The notes under the pieces: model-generated
What the model was told of the DNA's origin: nothing
The model's database searches: none
Seen by the model: the letters and a program-made list of their open reading frames with translations, nothing else
Part shown: positions 24,682-37,110 of the stretch, piece by piece
How the letters are laid out: every line of letters begins with the position of its first letter
Position numbering within the stretch: position 1 is the stretch's first letter
DNA from: Macrostomum lignano
Taxonomy: Eukaryota
Length of the DNA: 64,000 bases
Direction: 5' to 3'
Assembly: GCA_002269645.1 (NCBI GenBank)
Contig: NIVC01000064.1
Span: forward strand, 434,001 to 498,000
Translations under genes and position numbers: made by a program

Positions 24682-27207
24682 CTATGGACGGAGGGTTGGC
24701 GCCGCCCAGGGAGGTCCCCCAGTGTCGCCAGCAGCTATGGTGCTCTCTGGAAAGGAGAGTTCAGCCCTGCGGGTGGCCCGAAGGTAGCGCATGAGCTGAT
24801 TAAAGTTTTCGGGTTTGCACGCTTCAGTAATAGATGTGTGTGGCCCGAGGTAAGTGAGTCTGGCCCGCGTGAAGGCGGGACAGATGCTGACGAAATGCTC
24901 AGCGGTTTCGTCACCCGAGTTGCAGAAACTACAGGTGGCGTTGGTGGCGTTGCCCTGCAGGTACTGGTGCCTGGAGAAGCAGCCGTGACCAGAGAGGGTC
25001 ATGGTGGCAGCCCGGATGTCTCTGCGCGAGAGGCGCAAGAGGAGCTTCCGGAGCTGGTGAGAGGGCTGAGGGACAGCGCCTCTGGATTGCCTGCAGTTCG
25101 TGCGGTTCGCCCAAGTCGAGCGGTGCTGAGTCCTGATCCACGCTTTGATGCGCGAGTCGATGACACAGCCAGGAATCGGGACAAGAGGTTCGGGGCCGAG
25201 AGAGGAGCCGGAGGCACCAACTTTTGCAAGGGTGTCAGCCAACTCATTTCCTCGGATCCCCACATGCCCCGGAACCCACTTAAGGGTAATTTTGTTGGCG
25301 GAACCCAACACATTGAGGAGTTTGATACAGTCAAGGACTGTAGCAGAGTTGGTGCTGCAGCCACTGATGGCGTGCAAGGCAGCTTGGCTGTCCGAATGGA
25401 AAATGATGTTCTTACCAGTAACGCCAGTGGCGAGAAGCTCTGCAGTGCAGGAGCTGATGGCCAGAACTTCATTTTGGAAAACACTGGAGTTGACCCCAGT
25501 GTATTGAGCGTGGGTAGCGATGACCCTCCCGTTCAGAAAGATTCCAACACCAAAGCCGGTGTTGGCTGACTGCTTAGAACCGTCGGTGTAGCAATGAAGC
25601 TCACCAGGGTTCCAATGGTCATTGATGTTATCGCGCGAGTCGATAGCTACGGAGTAGCGCTGTCTCAGGTTGAGCGTTGAGGCAATGCCATCGGTGAAGA
25701 CGCGATTGGCCTGACACTCGTTGAGAAAGTTGAGGCACAGATCGCTATGCGGGACAAGGTTCCGCTTAGCAGGTGCTCTCATGTAAATGAATTTGACGCC
25801 GGCATCAATTAGACGCCGCGTCGTTCTAGCCGCCTCACCCCTGATGAAGAGGTCAAGAGGCGGAAGATTAAGAAAGGCCCCCATGCCAGCAAAGGGCGTG
25901 GACCTGGTGGCGTTGCAGATGAGCCTACACGCTCTGCCTTGGATCGTGTTGAGCAGGTCTGCATGGCTTTTGACCTGGGTAGCGCTAACCCAGACAACAG
26001 AGGCGTACGTAATGGCAGGTCTAACTACGGAAGTATAGATCCACCAAAGCCGCTTTGGGGATAGACCCCAAGAAGTGCCAAGTGCTCGTCGGAGCTGGGC
26101 CAGGATGGCTGAGGCACGCTTAGCTTTTGCTTTCACGTGGAAGGACCAGTTGAGCCGGTGGTCAAGTGTGACCCCGAGACATCTGGTCTGGTGCGCGAAG
26201 GCAATATCTCTGCCGTAGAGCTGCAGAGGACGTATGTTCCAGCGTAGTCTGCTGGTAAACATAATGGCAACGGTTTTGGGCTCAGAGAGTTCCAAACCAT
26301 TGTCATTGGCCCAGGATTCTGCTTTGCGGATAAAGCTCTGCATCAGATCCCTGAGCGTGCTGGGAGACGGTCCTGCCACAATGGCCGTGACGTCATCAGC
26401 ATACCCGACTTTGAAGACGGGGTCAGGTCGGGAGTCACTCAGAAGAGCGTCCATGACCAGGTTCCAGAGCGTCGGGGTGAGGACTCCGCCTTGGGGTCCA
26501 CCCTTACAGACTCTGGTGGAGGCAGTTTGCCCAAGAAGTTGGGCAGTGACCGTACGGTTGGAGATCATGTACATGATCCACCGTATGAGGGTAGCATGAG
26601 CTTTGCGATTTTGAAGGGCCCTCTGAAACGCTTCAAAGATAACGTTGTCGAAGGCGCCAACAATGTCAAGAAAGAGAGCCAGGGCGTAACCGTCACCCAG
26701 TACCGCCCGTTCAATCTTTTCGACAATCGCATGCAGGGCGCTGTCAGTCGACCTCCCGGTACGGAAGGCGTGCTGATTATTGCTGAGGGGCATCGCTGTC
26801 AGCTCGCAGGAGAGCAGCCGCCAGAGAATAAGCCTCTCAGTGAGCTTAAGCATTGCTGACGTTAAGCTAATTGGCCGGAAGGCCTTGACGCTTTGGTAGT
26901 CACCCTTCCCAGGTTTGGGAATAAAGACTACTCGAGCTTCAGTCCAGCTTTTGGGAACGTATCCCAGCTGGATAGAGGCCCGCATAAGATTGCGGGTGAG
27001 TCTCAGGAACGAGGGTATCTTGGCTGCTTCACGAAGGAGAACAGGGTAGATACCATCAGGTCCAGGAGATTTGAAGGGTTTGAAGGTTCTGACCGCACGA
27101 GCGATTAGGTCTTCAGTGACAATGCCCGCCGCTAGGGTGGCTCCATCCATCGAATGGTTGGGCTCCGGTCTAGCAGTAGGTACCCTCGGGAAGAATGTGC
27201 TAAGCAT
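24682..27207 (-). CDS. LINE ORF2, C-terminal part: reverse transcriptase, RNase H, Cys/His knuckle
   Basis: KSPGPDGI, FRPISLTS, FLDIVGAFD, GGPQGGVLTP, YADD; RNase H YTDGSK, SDSQAAL, WVPGHVGIRGNELAD; CSFC...ETAEHFVSIC. Confidence 0.95.
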   Translation of the reverse strand: MLSTFFPRVPTARPEPNHSMDGATLAAGIVTEDLIARAVRTFKPFKSPGPDGIYPVLLREAAKIPSFLRLTRNLMRASIQLGYVPKSWTEARVVFIPKPGKGDYQSVKAFRPISLTSAMLKLTERLILWRLLSCELTAMPLSNNQHAFRTGRSTDSALHAIVEKIERAVLGDGYALALFLDIVGAFDNVIFEAFQRALQNRKAHATLIRWIMYMISNRTVTAQLLGQTASTRVCKGGPQGGVLTPTLWNLVMDALLSDSRPDPVFKVGYADDVTAIVAGPSPSTLRDLMQSFIRKAESWANDNGLELSEPKTVAIMFTSRLRWNIRPLQLYGRDIAFAHQTRCLGVTLDHRLNWSFHVKAKAKRASAILAQLRRALGTSWGLSPKRLWWIYTSVVRPAITYASVVWVSATQVKSHADLLNTIQGRACRLICNATRSTPFAGMGAFLNLPPLDLFIRGEAARTTRRLIDAGVKFIYMRAPAKRNLVPHSDLCLNFLNECQANRVFTDGIASTLNLRQRYSVAIDSRDNINDHWNPGELHCYTDGSKQSANTGFGVGIFLNGRVIATHAQYTGVNSSVFQNEVLAISSCTAELLATGVTGKNIIFHSDSQAALHAISGCSTNSATVLDCIKLLNVLGSANKITLKWVPGHVGIRGNELADTLAKVGASGSSLGPEPLVPIPGCVIDSRIKAWIRTQHRSTWANRTNCRQSRGAVPQPSHQLRKLLLRLSRRDIRAATMTLSGHGCFSRHQYLQGNATNATCSFCNSGDETAEHFVSICPAFTRARLTYLGPHTSITEACKPENFNQLMRYLRATRRAELSFPESTIAAGDTGGPPWAAPTLRP

Positions 27208-28421
27208 ATGCTGAAGTACTTCTTCAGGGTCTTTAGTAAGAGAGCCATCATCTTTTTTATCATGGCTAATTTGGACATTTTGTCCATTGTAAGGGCCTTG
27301 ACAAGCCTAGAAGTAGGTCTGTCTTGATCCAATTCATTGCAGAATTGGCGCCACTTACATTCCTTGGCCTTGCGCACTTCAGATTTGAAATTGCGGGAGG
27401 CTTGCCGGAAAAGCTCCATGTCCTCCGGGTTTCCGGTCTTCATGGCACGGCGATGAAGGCTTTTGGCCTTCCGCCTGAGTTTCCCCAGCTCCGGGTTCCA
27501 CCACGGCGCCGAGGTCTTGCCTCTGTAGGCGCGAGCAGGACAAGCCGCTTCGTAGGCTGCAATAATGCAACCTGTCAGCGTCTCAGCCATATGATCCACA
27601 TCCTCGCAGGTCTCAATCGGACGTAAGTCCGTGAGTTCCTGCAGGTGCAGATCAAGGGCAGCCTTGTAGGCCGCCCAATCAGTGTTGCGGATATTGCGTC
27701 TCCAAGTGATCGGAGACTGGGTTTTAGTGTCCGCGATATTAAAGGCGATAAAGCAGTGGTCAGACAGGGAGGGCTCCTCAGACCAGACTCTCCACTCCTT
27801 GACTCTGTCAAAGAGTCTTGGGGTAACGAGTGTGGCGTCGAGGACCTCGGTCCATCTGCCATTATTAAAGGTAGGAGTGCTGCCGCGGTTGCAGAGCATG
27901 AGGTTTGTGTTAGAGATGAGGGCCAGAAGCTCCTCTCCTCTAGTGTTGGTATCTTTGCTGCCCCAGTGCTTGTGGTGCGCGTTGAGGTCGCCCCCTAAGC
28001 ACAGCTCAGCGTTCTGGGACTCGCAGTACTGCGCAAGGCGCAGTAAACTCTCGGGAGCAGGGTCTCTGTCGCCTGGGATATAAACCGAGGCAACAAGACA
28101 CGTACGCGGAGAGAAATGATTAGATTGGATGACGCAAAGGTCTCCATCAGAGAGATCAGTCCTCAGCCAAGCCTGGAGATGGCTAGCAGCGAGGATAGCC
28201 GCTCTAGGGCGGCTGTTCCCCGGGCCACACACATAAAAATCAGAGTAGCCAGAGGGAATGTTGGGCAACTTACCGTTGCGCATCCAGGGTTCCTGGATCA
28301 GGATGAGGCCTGGCCTGTACAGCTCAGCAATCTTCATCAGATTTACTGACGCAGATACGCAATGCTGTAAATTTATTTGCAGACAGAATGTCGCTCCTTT
28401 GGCAGCGTGGAGCTTAGTCAT
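27132..28421 (-). CDS. LINE ORF2, N-terminal part: apurinic-like endonuclease, frameshifted near 27253-27258
   Basis: LQINLQH, LIQEPW, GGDLNAHH..WGS, PTF, LDATL, SDH motifs. Confidence 0.92.
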   Translation of the reverse strand: MTKLHAAKGATFCLQINLQHCVSASVNLMKIAELYRPGLILIQEPWMRNGKLPNIPSGYSDFYVCGPGNSRPRAAILAASHLQAWLRTDLSDGDLCVIQSNHFSPRTCLVASVYIPGDRDPAPESLLRLAQYCESQNAELCLGGDLNAHHKHWGSKDTNTRGEELLALISNTNLMLCNRGSTPTFNNGRWTEVLDATLVTPRLFDRVKEWRVWSEEPSLSDHCFIAFNIADTKTQSPITWRRNIRNTDWAAYKAALDLHLQELTDLRPIETCEDVDHMAETLTGCIIAAYEAACPARAYRGKTSAPWWNPELGKLRRKAKSLHRRAMKTGNPEDMELFRQASRNFKSEVRKAKECKWRQFCNELDQDRPTSRLVKALTMDKMSKLAMIKKMMALLLKTLKKYFSICLAHSSRGYLLLDRSPTIRWMEPP

Positions 28422-28460
28422 ACTGTATTAAATGCAATATCTGGCTAGAGCCCAGGGCCA

Positions 28461-30023
28461 TCAAGGAGACTTGGACAACAGATCGTCCTCGTCCCAGGCC
28501 GCTGGGGCTTGACTGGGAGATGGGAGTTGGTCGACGTCCATGGCCTCCTCACCCCCACCGGCCCCCCCAGCAGAGTCCTCAGGCTCCGATGACAGGATGG
28601 AGGAAGCTTCCTCACCTGCATCTTTACCTTCAGACCCCACCAAGGTGGCCGAGGAGAGCTCGGATTCCGAAGACCCGGCCTCGTCCTCAACTCCTTCTCC
28701 GACTGGCAGGTTTGGTTCCCGGGGCTCGGCCGGAGCCGTTACCGCGGTCGCCGAACTGCTGCTAGCAGAGGGGCGAGATGCAGCTTTGGCTTTGGGATCG
28801 GCTTGCGCCTTTCCTTGGGCCTTAGACTGCGCCCCGCTCTTGCCGGAGATGCCGGGGTTGGCAGTAGCCTTCCCTTTGGCAGACTTTCCTCGGCGCAACT
28901 TGAGCTTGAGGGCACCCAGCTGGAAAGAGGATCCATTAGGGTACCGACTCGCCCAAGTGCTGGAAAGGCCGAGGACAATTGAGTTGCCCGTCTCCCCCCT
29001 GCGGACTTTGCGGTGATACACCAGTCCACTAGCAGGGAGGTCGGGGTTCAGACGCAGTAGGACCCGGCGAATAACGTCTGGTCCAGCTGCGGTGCTCTTA
29101 GCAGGGACGAAAACCACATAGGGTATCGTCTTTGGACGCTGGCCCTCGCGAAGAAAAAGAGCTCCACCAAGGTCAGCATCCAAGGAGACCGTCGGTAGCC
29201 GCTGGAGCAGCCGCCGAGCGTCCTCCTCGCTGCTAGGAGCAATAAGAACGAATGTGCTTCGCAGCACCATCCGCTCAACGCCGATGGAGATTCCCTCCTC
29301 GACAGTCAGCTCAATCAGATAGGAGTCAACAGCACTCCACACTTTTTGAAGCTGATCAGTGGTCCAGTCCTGGTCGCGACCTTGGATGATCACTCCCGGG
29401 ATTTTGGCCTTGGCCTTCGCCGCAAAGGTAGCTCCCGAAGGAACCTCCTTGTTGGCAGTGGCCATTAGTTGCGCCGTGGTTTCGGCCTCAGCAGCCGCGG
29501 CAGCAGCTCCAGGGAGCGCCGCCGCTGAACTACTGGAGCTTCCACCGGCCGGCCCGCCTGGTTGCCTTGGGACTCCAGTCGCTTCAGCATCCATGGTGGA
29601 CGCCGCCGCTTTGGCCCCCGCAGCTCCCTTCTTGGCCTGCCTTTTGGCGCGTTGTTTAGCGCGTTTGCGCTCAAGCCGAGCCCGCTGAGCTTCATCGGAT
29701 CTGCCAGATTTGGCCGGTCCTTTAGGCTCAGAGCTCGCGGTTCCCTTAGATCCACCAGCGGAGCTGGCAGGTCTTAGGGTATTTTGAGTTTGGTAGCTCT
29801 GGTCGGATCTGCCAGCAGAGCCAGCCGGTCCTTCCTTTGCCACAGTTGAATCAGTCGGTTGGGATCTGCCAGCAGGGCCGGCCGGTCCTTCGGACTGAGG
29901 TTGGGGTTTAGAAGGGTCCCCGTCCCTAGAAATAGCTTGTTTATCCATAGTCGGCTCGAAGGCCATGATAAAAGGTTGGTGGGCTACCCTCAAAGGGGCG
30001 CGGTACCCACCCGGCCGCTCCAC
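28461..30023 (-). CDS. LINE ORF1 (basic patches, possible DUF4780-like domain, acidic tail)
   Basis: Open 520-codon frame directly upstream of ORF2; the domain resemblance is from memory. Confidence 0.8.
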   Translation of the reverse strand: MERPGGYRAPLRVAHQPFIMAFEPTMDKQAISRDGDPSKPQPQSEGPAGPAGRSQPTDSTVAKEGPAGSAGRSDQSYQTQNTLRPASSAGGSKGTASSEPKGPAKSGRSDEAQRARLERKRAKQRAKRQAKKGAAGAKAAASTMDAEATGVPRQPGGPAGGSSSSSAAALPGAAAAAAEAETTAQLMATANKEVPSGATFAAKAKAKIPGVIIQGRDQDWTTDQLQKVWSAVDSYLIELTVEEGISIGVERMVLRSTFVLIAPSSEEDARRLLQRLPTVSLDADLGGALFLREGQRPKTIPYVVFVPAKSTAAGPDVIRRVLLRLNPDLPASGLVYHRKVRRGETGNSIVLGLSSTWASRYPNGSSFQLGALKLKLRRGKSAKGKATANPGISGKSGAQSKAQGKAQADPKAKAASRPSASSSSATAVTAPAEPREPNLPVGEGVEDEAGSSESELSSATLVGSEGKDAGEEASSILSSEPEDSAGGAGGGEEAMDVDQLPSPSQAPAAWDEDDLLSKSP

Positions 30024-30491
30024 CTGACCGGGCAGTAGGCCAATAGCACCCTCAAGGCTGGCCCGACACCAGGAGGGGGACCGCTTGCGACCGGACTACT
30101 CCCCGGCCTTCCAGCCCATCGGCACGGTCAACACCTTAGGCATTAGAGAGTACGTTGAGCAGTACCACGGCCTGCAGGTTGGCGAGCCAGACCCGCATAC
30201 CCAAATTCGGCCGAAGCCACTGGATAGGGTCGCCAGCGCCGGAGCCCAGTCTGTCCAGCAGCCCTAGGGACTGCCTTGAACACACGCGGGGACGAGTACC
30301 CTGGGTCGACTTGCGAGACAGCGTGGGGGGGGGGGGGTCTGCGGCTGCCAGAGGCAAATAGAGGGTGCAGACCTCCCACCAGCCTTGACCTGCTGAAGAT
30401 AGGGGCAGGCGTGAAGCATCGCAGACCTTAGCCCATGGGCCTAGTCTGTCTTATACTTCACTGGCATGCTGAATACGCCTTCGCGTGCGAC

Positions 30492-31560
30492 ACTGGGTAG
30501 ATAAGGAATAGACTTAGGTTAGATGGGGAATAGACACTAGGGTAGATGGGGAATAGACACTGGGTAGATAAGGAATAGACTTAGGTTAGATGGGGAATAG
30601 ACACTAGGGTAGATGGGGAATAGACACTGGGGTAGATGGGGAATAGACACTGGGGTAGATGGGGAATAGACACAGGGGTATATGGGGAATAGACACAGGG
30701 GTAGATGGGGAATAGACACAGGGGTAGATGGGGAATAGACACAGGGGAAAATGGGGAATAGACACAGGGGTAGATGGGGAATAGACACAGAGGTATATGG
30801 GGAATAGACACAGAGTAGATGGGGAATAGACACAGGGGTAGATGGGGAATAGACACAGGGGAAAATGGGGAATAGACACAGGGGTAGATGGGGAATAGAC
30901 ACAGAGGTATATGGGGAATAGACACAGAGTAGATGGGGAATAGACACAGTGGTATATGGGGAATAGACACAGAGTAGATGGGGAATAGACACAGGGGTAG
31001 ATGGGGAATAGACACAGGGGTAGATGGGGAATAGACACAGAGTAGATGGGGAATAGACACAGAGTAGATGGGGAATCGACACAGAGGTACATGTGGAATA
31101 GACACAGGGGTATATGGGGAATAGACACAGGGGTATATGGGGAATAGACACAGGGGTATATGGGGAATAGACACTGGGGTATATGGGGAATAGACACAGG
31201 GGTAGATGGGGAATAGACACTAGGGTAGATGGGGAATAGACACTGGGGTATATGGGGAATAGACACAGGGGTAGATGGGGAATAGACACAGGGGTATATG
31301 GGGAATAGACACAAGGGGTATATGGGGAATAGACACAGAGTAGATGGGGAATAGACACAGGGGTAGATGGGGAATAGACACAAGGGGTATATGGGGAATA
31401 GACACAGAGTAGATGGGGATAGACACAGGGGTAGATGGGGAATAGACACAGGGGTAGATGGGGAATAGACACAGAGTAGATGGGGAATAGACACAGGGGT
31501 AGGCAGGGAATAGACGCAGGATAGGCAGGGAATAGACGCAGGGTAGAAGGGGAGTAGACA
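30492..31560. repeat. Minisatellite, ~23 bp unit (ggggtagatggggaatagacaca)
   Basis: Tandem copies starting just past the donor of the CH exon. Confidence 0.93.
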
Positions 31561-31588
31561 GGGTAGATGAGAGTCCCCGCAGCCTCAC

Positions 31589-31957
31589 CAGTCCCTGCAG
31601 CGACAGCAGCCTCCGCAGGCCAGTGAGCACCCTGTCGGGCCTCCGCAGCAGCAGCAGGTCCTCCGCCTCAAACAGGTCCTCCCGCTTCATCTGGAACTCA
31701 TGGACGCATTTGGACAGAAAAAATTTCACATTCCTCCGACCAAACATCTCGGAATTCATCGAATAGAACGACACCGTTCCGTCTCCTTCCGGCGATATCC
31801 GGCCGTTGCTAAGGACGCTAAGAAGACAGCAGAGATCCTCGCCGTCAGCCAGCAGCCGACAGAGATCCTCGGACGTGCTGCATTGCTGCCCGAAATCGGC
31901 GTCTTTGTTCAACAACTGTCGAATTTGTTGCAGAAACTCTCCCACTGAAGCAGACAT
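31589..31957 (-). CDS. First coding exon encoding a Vav-type calponin homology domain
   Basis: LCRLLADGEDLCCLL and NVKFFLSKCVHEFQMKREDLFEAEDL match Vav CH (LAQALRDGVLLCQLL; NIRTFLSTCCEKFGLKRSELFEAFDL, recalled). ATG at 31957; phase-0 donor ctg|gtgagg at 31588. Confidence 0.85.
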
Positions 31958-32629
31958 GTTTTCAGCGAAAGAAAGTTGCGCGGTGAGTCAGTGCCAGGTT
32001 AGAAGCTCAGACTGACTTATATGGTCCTTATCAGCCGTTGGGTCTTGTTGGGCTCCGGCTCTTCTAGAAAAAGATTAACCACTGGAAAGGGGCCGCAGTC
32101 CGAGCTTCTGGTAAACTGTACGTGTCAGAAATATCCGGGGTTAACTTTAGCCATTTCGTCAATTAGCAGATCCATCGAACGAATTTTTATTTTATTTTAA
32201 CTCGAATAAAAAAACTGTTTGATTTATTTTCCTAGTTGAACTCTACTAATAGTAGAGTAATTTGATTCACTAACTCTAGTAAGTACAATGTTAAAACTGA
32301 AATATACTTTTTATAATAATTTGAATTGCAAATCTGAAATCGATTTAGTAATTATTATTTGGTTCTGTGTTTACGAACGGATTGCCTTCTTCTAGGAGAA
32401 GCAGATTTTTCGACGATATTTGGAAAAAATCTCTTTGCATTTTTCTGTGCCTTCTTATCTCTGAGTCAGGCAAGCCGTGCGCTTCTGCAGTTGTTTGTGC
32501 TGTTTTGTAGAAATTCCGAGTCCACAATCTCAGCTGGTTTGGCTACCTGTCCGTGGCGCTCAAATAATCGACTGATAGTTTGTGTCTGCTCAGTTTTGCT
32601 TGAGTTGCTTATAATATTATATTGAGATT

Positions 32630-33360
32630 TGGCGCTCACTGACTCAGATTTGGCGCTCCCAGTCTCAGATTTGGTACCCCTCTGTCTCAGATTTGGTACC
32701 CCTCTGACTCAGATTTGGTACCCCTCTGTCTCAGATTTGGTACCCCTCTGTCTCAGATTTGGTACCCCTCTGTCTCAGATTTGATACCCCTCTGACTCAG
32801 ATTTGGTACCCCTCTATCTCAGATTTGGCGCCCCTCTGACTCAGATTTGGTACCCCTCTGTCTCAGATTTGGTACCCCTCTGTCTCAGATTTGGTACCCC
32901 TCTGTCTCAGATTTGATACCCCTCTGACTCAGATTTGGTACCCCTCTGTCTCAGATTTGGTACCCCTCTGTCTCAGATTTGATACCCCTCTGACTCAGAT
33001 TTGGTACCCCTCTATCTCAGATTTGGTACCCCTCTGTCTCAGATTTGATACCCCTCTGACTCAGATTTGGTACCCCTCTATCTCAGATTTGGCGCCCCTC
33101 TGACTCAGATTTGGTACCCCTCTGTCTCAGATTTGGTACCCCTCTATCTCAGATTTGGCGCCCCTCTGACTCAGATTTGGCGCCCCTCTGTCTCAGATTT
33201 GGCGCTCCTCTATCTCAGATTTGGCGCCCCTCTGACTCAGATTTGGCGCCCCTCTGTCTCAGATTGGCGCTCCTCTGACTCAGATTTGGCGCCCCTCTGT
33301 CTCAGATTTGGCGCCCCTCTGTCTCAGATTGGCGCTCCTCTGACTCAGATTTGGCGCCCC
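32630..33360. repeat. Minisatellite, 22 bp unit (ctcagatttggtacccctctgt, with ggcgcc variants)
   Basis: Tandem copies. Confidence 0.93.
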
Positions 33361-33889
33361 CATTAGCTAAACGCGGTACAAAAAAACAGATTTCTCGATT
33401 TTCTCTCGATTTTTTTCTCTTTTAAAGCATGGCTACTAATAGCTTGAGCATAGTCGAGCACAGAGAGCTCAGCTGCGTGATGCCGACTTGGCTAGAGAGA
33501 AGGACAGCGAGGGAAAAGCAGAGGAACACAGGCAGCTGAGAGAGAGGGAGAGAGAGAGAGAGTGAGTGAATTTGTGGCGGTCCCGCGCGGCCCATTTCGT
33601 GCGACGGGGCCCGAGCGCATTTAAATTATTAATTCCCCCTTTTTCTCTGTCCCGCCGTGTCGCCGACTAAATAGAGAAGCCCCTAGAAAGCTTTCGTAGA
33701 AATTACCGAAAATACTCCTGTGCCGCAGTCCCTGCTCTATCCTTTCCTCTGTCGCTCTCTGCAGGCTTTATCCATTTTCCCGCTTTTATGTCTTCGTCCG
33801 AATCTCTGGGATAAAAATTGTTCATTACAAAATTACCGAATCGCAGAAGGCGCTGTTTTTCTGTTTTTTTTGTCTGAAGGCGTCATTTT

Positions 33890-34215
33890 TGGATGTTAGT
33901 CGGTGTCATTTATGGGTGTCAGGAGTGCCATTTGTGGGTGTCAGGAGTGCCATTTGTGGGTGTCAGGGTGAATCATTTATGGGTGTCAGGAGTGCCATTT
34001 ATGGGTGTCAGGGGAATCATTTATGGGTGTCAGGAGTGCCATTTATGGGTGTCAGGGTGAATCATTTATGGGTGTCAGGGGGAATCATTTATGAGTGTCA
34101 GGGGGAATCATTTATGGGTGTCAGGGGAATCATTTATGGGTGTCAGGGGGAATCATTTATGGATGTCAGGGGGAATCATTTATGGGTGTCAGGGGTGAAT
34201 TTAAATGTGTGTCAG
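33890..34215. repeat. Minisatellite, ~22 bp unit (catttatgggtgtcaggagtgc / ggggaat)
   Basis: Tandem copies. Confidence 0.88.
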
Positions 34216-34737
34216 GAACGCTAAAAGTTAAACATTGATGGCAAGTAGCAATATAGTCTGAGTCAACTCCACACTCAGAACTGTGCTGACCCACTCGTCC
34301 ACAATGTGCCAGCGGGTGACAGGCATTTAGCGTGAGCAGAATTTGCACATAATTCTAGAATCCCATACTGAATTTTGCTACTACAACAAGCCAAACACTT
34401 CCGGCAATTTCAATGCCAGCAATTGCTAAAAGCAATTCTTCATTTCCTGGAAATTTTTACATAGCAAATTTGAGTCAGTCTATTTGGCTGCAGTTTAATT
34501 GTGCATAGGGAGAGGGTCCGTCTCTCTTCTCTTCCTCAGCATCATCACTTGAGCTGTCACTCTCTCCTCCATGAAACCAAGGTTGACTTAAGTAGTATGA
34601 GAACGTGACGTTTCGATTCTCAGAAAAAATTGATTTTGAAGGCTGGCTAAGAACTTCTAAACTTTGTTCAACGCAAATAATGAGATTAGTTATGAGCGTA
34701 CATTAATATTTTAATGTTGCTTTTGTATCTGACTCTG

Positions 34738-35456
<719 letters not shown>

Positions 35457-36779
35457 AAAAGACCTATCGCTACTTTTGTGCTGACAAAACTGAAACTCGG
35501 TAGTGCATTTTAAAATGAGTTTCGTCATCCTAAACCGATGCAGGAATTTACGTAGGGGATTTCAGAGGAAAGATTCAGATTCAAGCAGATAAAGAATATT
35601 AAATCCCGACCCATTGCTCAACCGCGCATGAACGGCAAAACAAAAGCCACTGTTGAGTCAGCCACAGCATGCACGGGGGAAGGAGTCGAGATTAAGGCAT
35701 GCGAGCATAGCCTAAGCTTGTCTCTGCATCCTGTTCCCCTCTTCCCTACATGCTAGCCTAAGCCCCTCAACATCCCCTCTTGTCTTCCCCCGGTAACTCT
35801 ATATCCGTTATCTCCTCCCCATTTCCCTCTGCCCCGACCGGGGGCCGTCCTCGCCTTAAATGAAAATAAAAATAAGATTCCACCCAACCAACCCACCCCA
35901 AACCCCCGAAGATGTCGAGGATGATGAGGCTGAGCTGAGCATGTTGACTAAAGGAGGCTTCTACCCAATGCTTTGTGTTGGCTCACGGGGAATGGGGATG
36001 GCATATTAGGGGACTGGCAAAGCGGAGGCGGACAGAGAGGGGAGAGGAGAAGAGAGGGGCAAATGAGGATTTTAATATAGGCCCGGCGCGTGTCCCCCTT
36101 TCTCCCCCCTTTCCTCTCATCGTTCCTTCCTCCTCCTCGCCCCCCCCCCGACTCGTGAGCAGGGTGAGCAGGCCTTGCATTTCTACAATCACAAATCCCA
36201 TGGGAAGTTCAGAGTTCCGTCAGCTCTCTATTGTTTTTGGCTACAGCAGCTACAGGAGGGCATGCAGTTGCGTACGCCCGGCTCTGTAGGGGCGAGGCTA
36301 TGCGGAGAGAGAGGAAGGAGCTGCCTCTGGGTTAGGGTTGGAGTTAAAGCCCGCAGATCTCAGCCATTCTCTCTTACTATTACTACTCCCCTTCCCTCTG
36401 TCTCTCACTCTGTATCCGCTATTGGGTGTGGGAGGTGCAGAGGGGATCAGAGCGCCCGTCAACCTCCCTCCTACAGTTGCAAAACTATTAGGCTTCCGCT
36501 CCTGCATGCCCTGTCTGCGCTATTCCCCAATTCTCTCTACTGTTGTGTGCGTCTCTAGTTTTTAAACTGAGTTACATTTTTGAATAATATAAGCCACAGC
36601 TATACTGAACACAGTTGGATTAGCCTGTCTAACTTTGTTATTTGTTGTAACTTTCTAATTTGTTGTAACTTGTAATTTTAACTTTTTTAAGGTAAGACTT
36701 TTTAAAATGCTTGTCTAGCTTAGAAAAGATAAGATTAAGAGGGTTAATAATAAGAAAATAGTTGAGATGTTGGAAAGGG

Positions 36780-37110
36780 CAGAGGGGAGAGAGGAGAGGA
36801 GAGGAGAGGAGAAAAAAGAAAGGAGAGATAAGAGAGTAGAAATGAGAGAGGGGAGAGAGAAGAGAGAGGAGAGAGGAGAAAGGAGACAGGAGAAAGGAAA
36901 TATATGAGACAGGGGACGAGAGAGGAGAGAGGAGAGATGGGAGACTAGAGAGGAGAGAGGAGAGAGGAGAGAGGGGAGAGAGGAGAAAGGAGAGAGGAGA
37001 GAGGAAAGATAGGAGACAGGAGACGAGAGAGGAGAGAGGAGAGATGGGAGACTAGAGAGGAGAAAGAGAAGGGAGAGGAGTGGGGGAGGAGAGGGGAGAA
37101 GGGAGAGGAG
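36780..37110. repeat. GA-rich low-complexity polypurine tract
   Basis: Direct reading. Confidence 0.85.

Larger units (their letters stand above)
24593..30490 (-). mobile_element. Near full-length non-LTR retrotransposon, LOA-like clade (APE-RT-RNase H)
   Basis: Two-ORF layout with 5' UTR. The 3' end is a short ctaagtctaag repeat abutting a 28-bp satellite fragment. The 5' boundary is approximate and no TSD was found. Clade call is from domain order and recalled motifs. Confidence 0.88.

Noticed and set aside
24838-29777. Numerous + strand ORFs overlapping the LINE
   Set aside because: Antisense shadows of GC-rich coding sequence with no recognisable motifs.
30300-30495. HDV-like or hammerhead ribozyme at the LINE 5' end
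   Set aside because: Hairpins exist, but I could not build the P1-P1.1-P2-P3-P4 topology or a CUGANGA/GAAA core by hand; an Infernal or RNArobo search would settle it.
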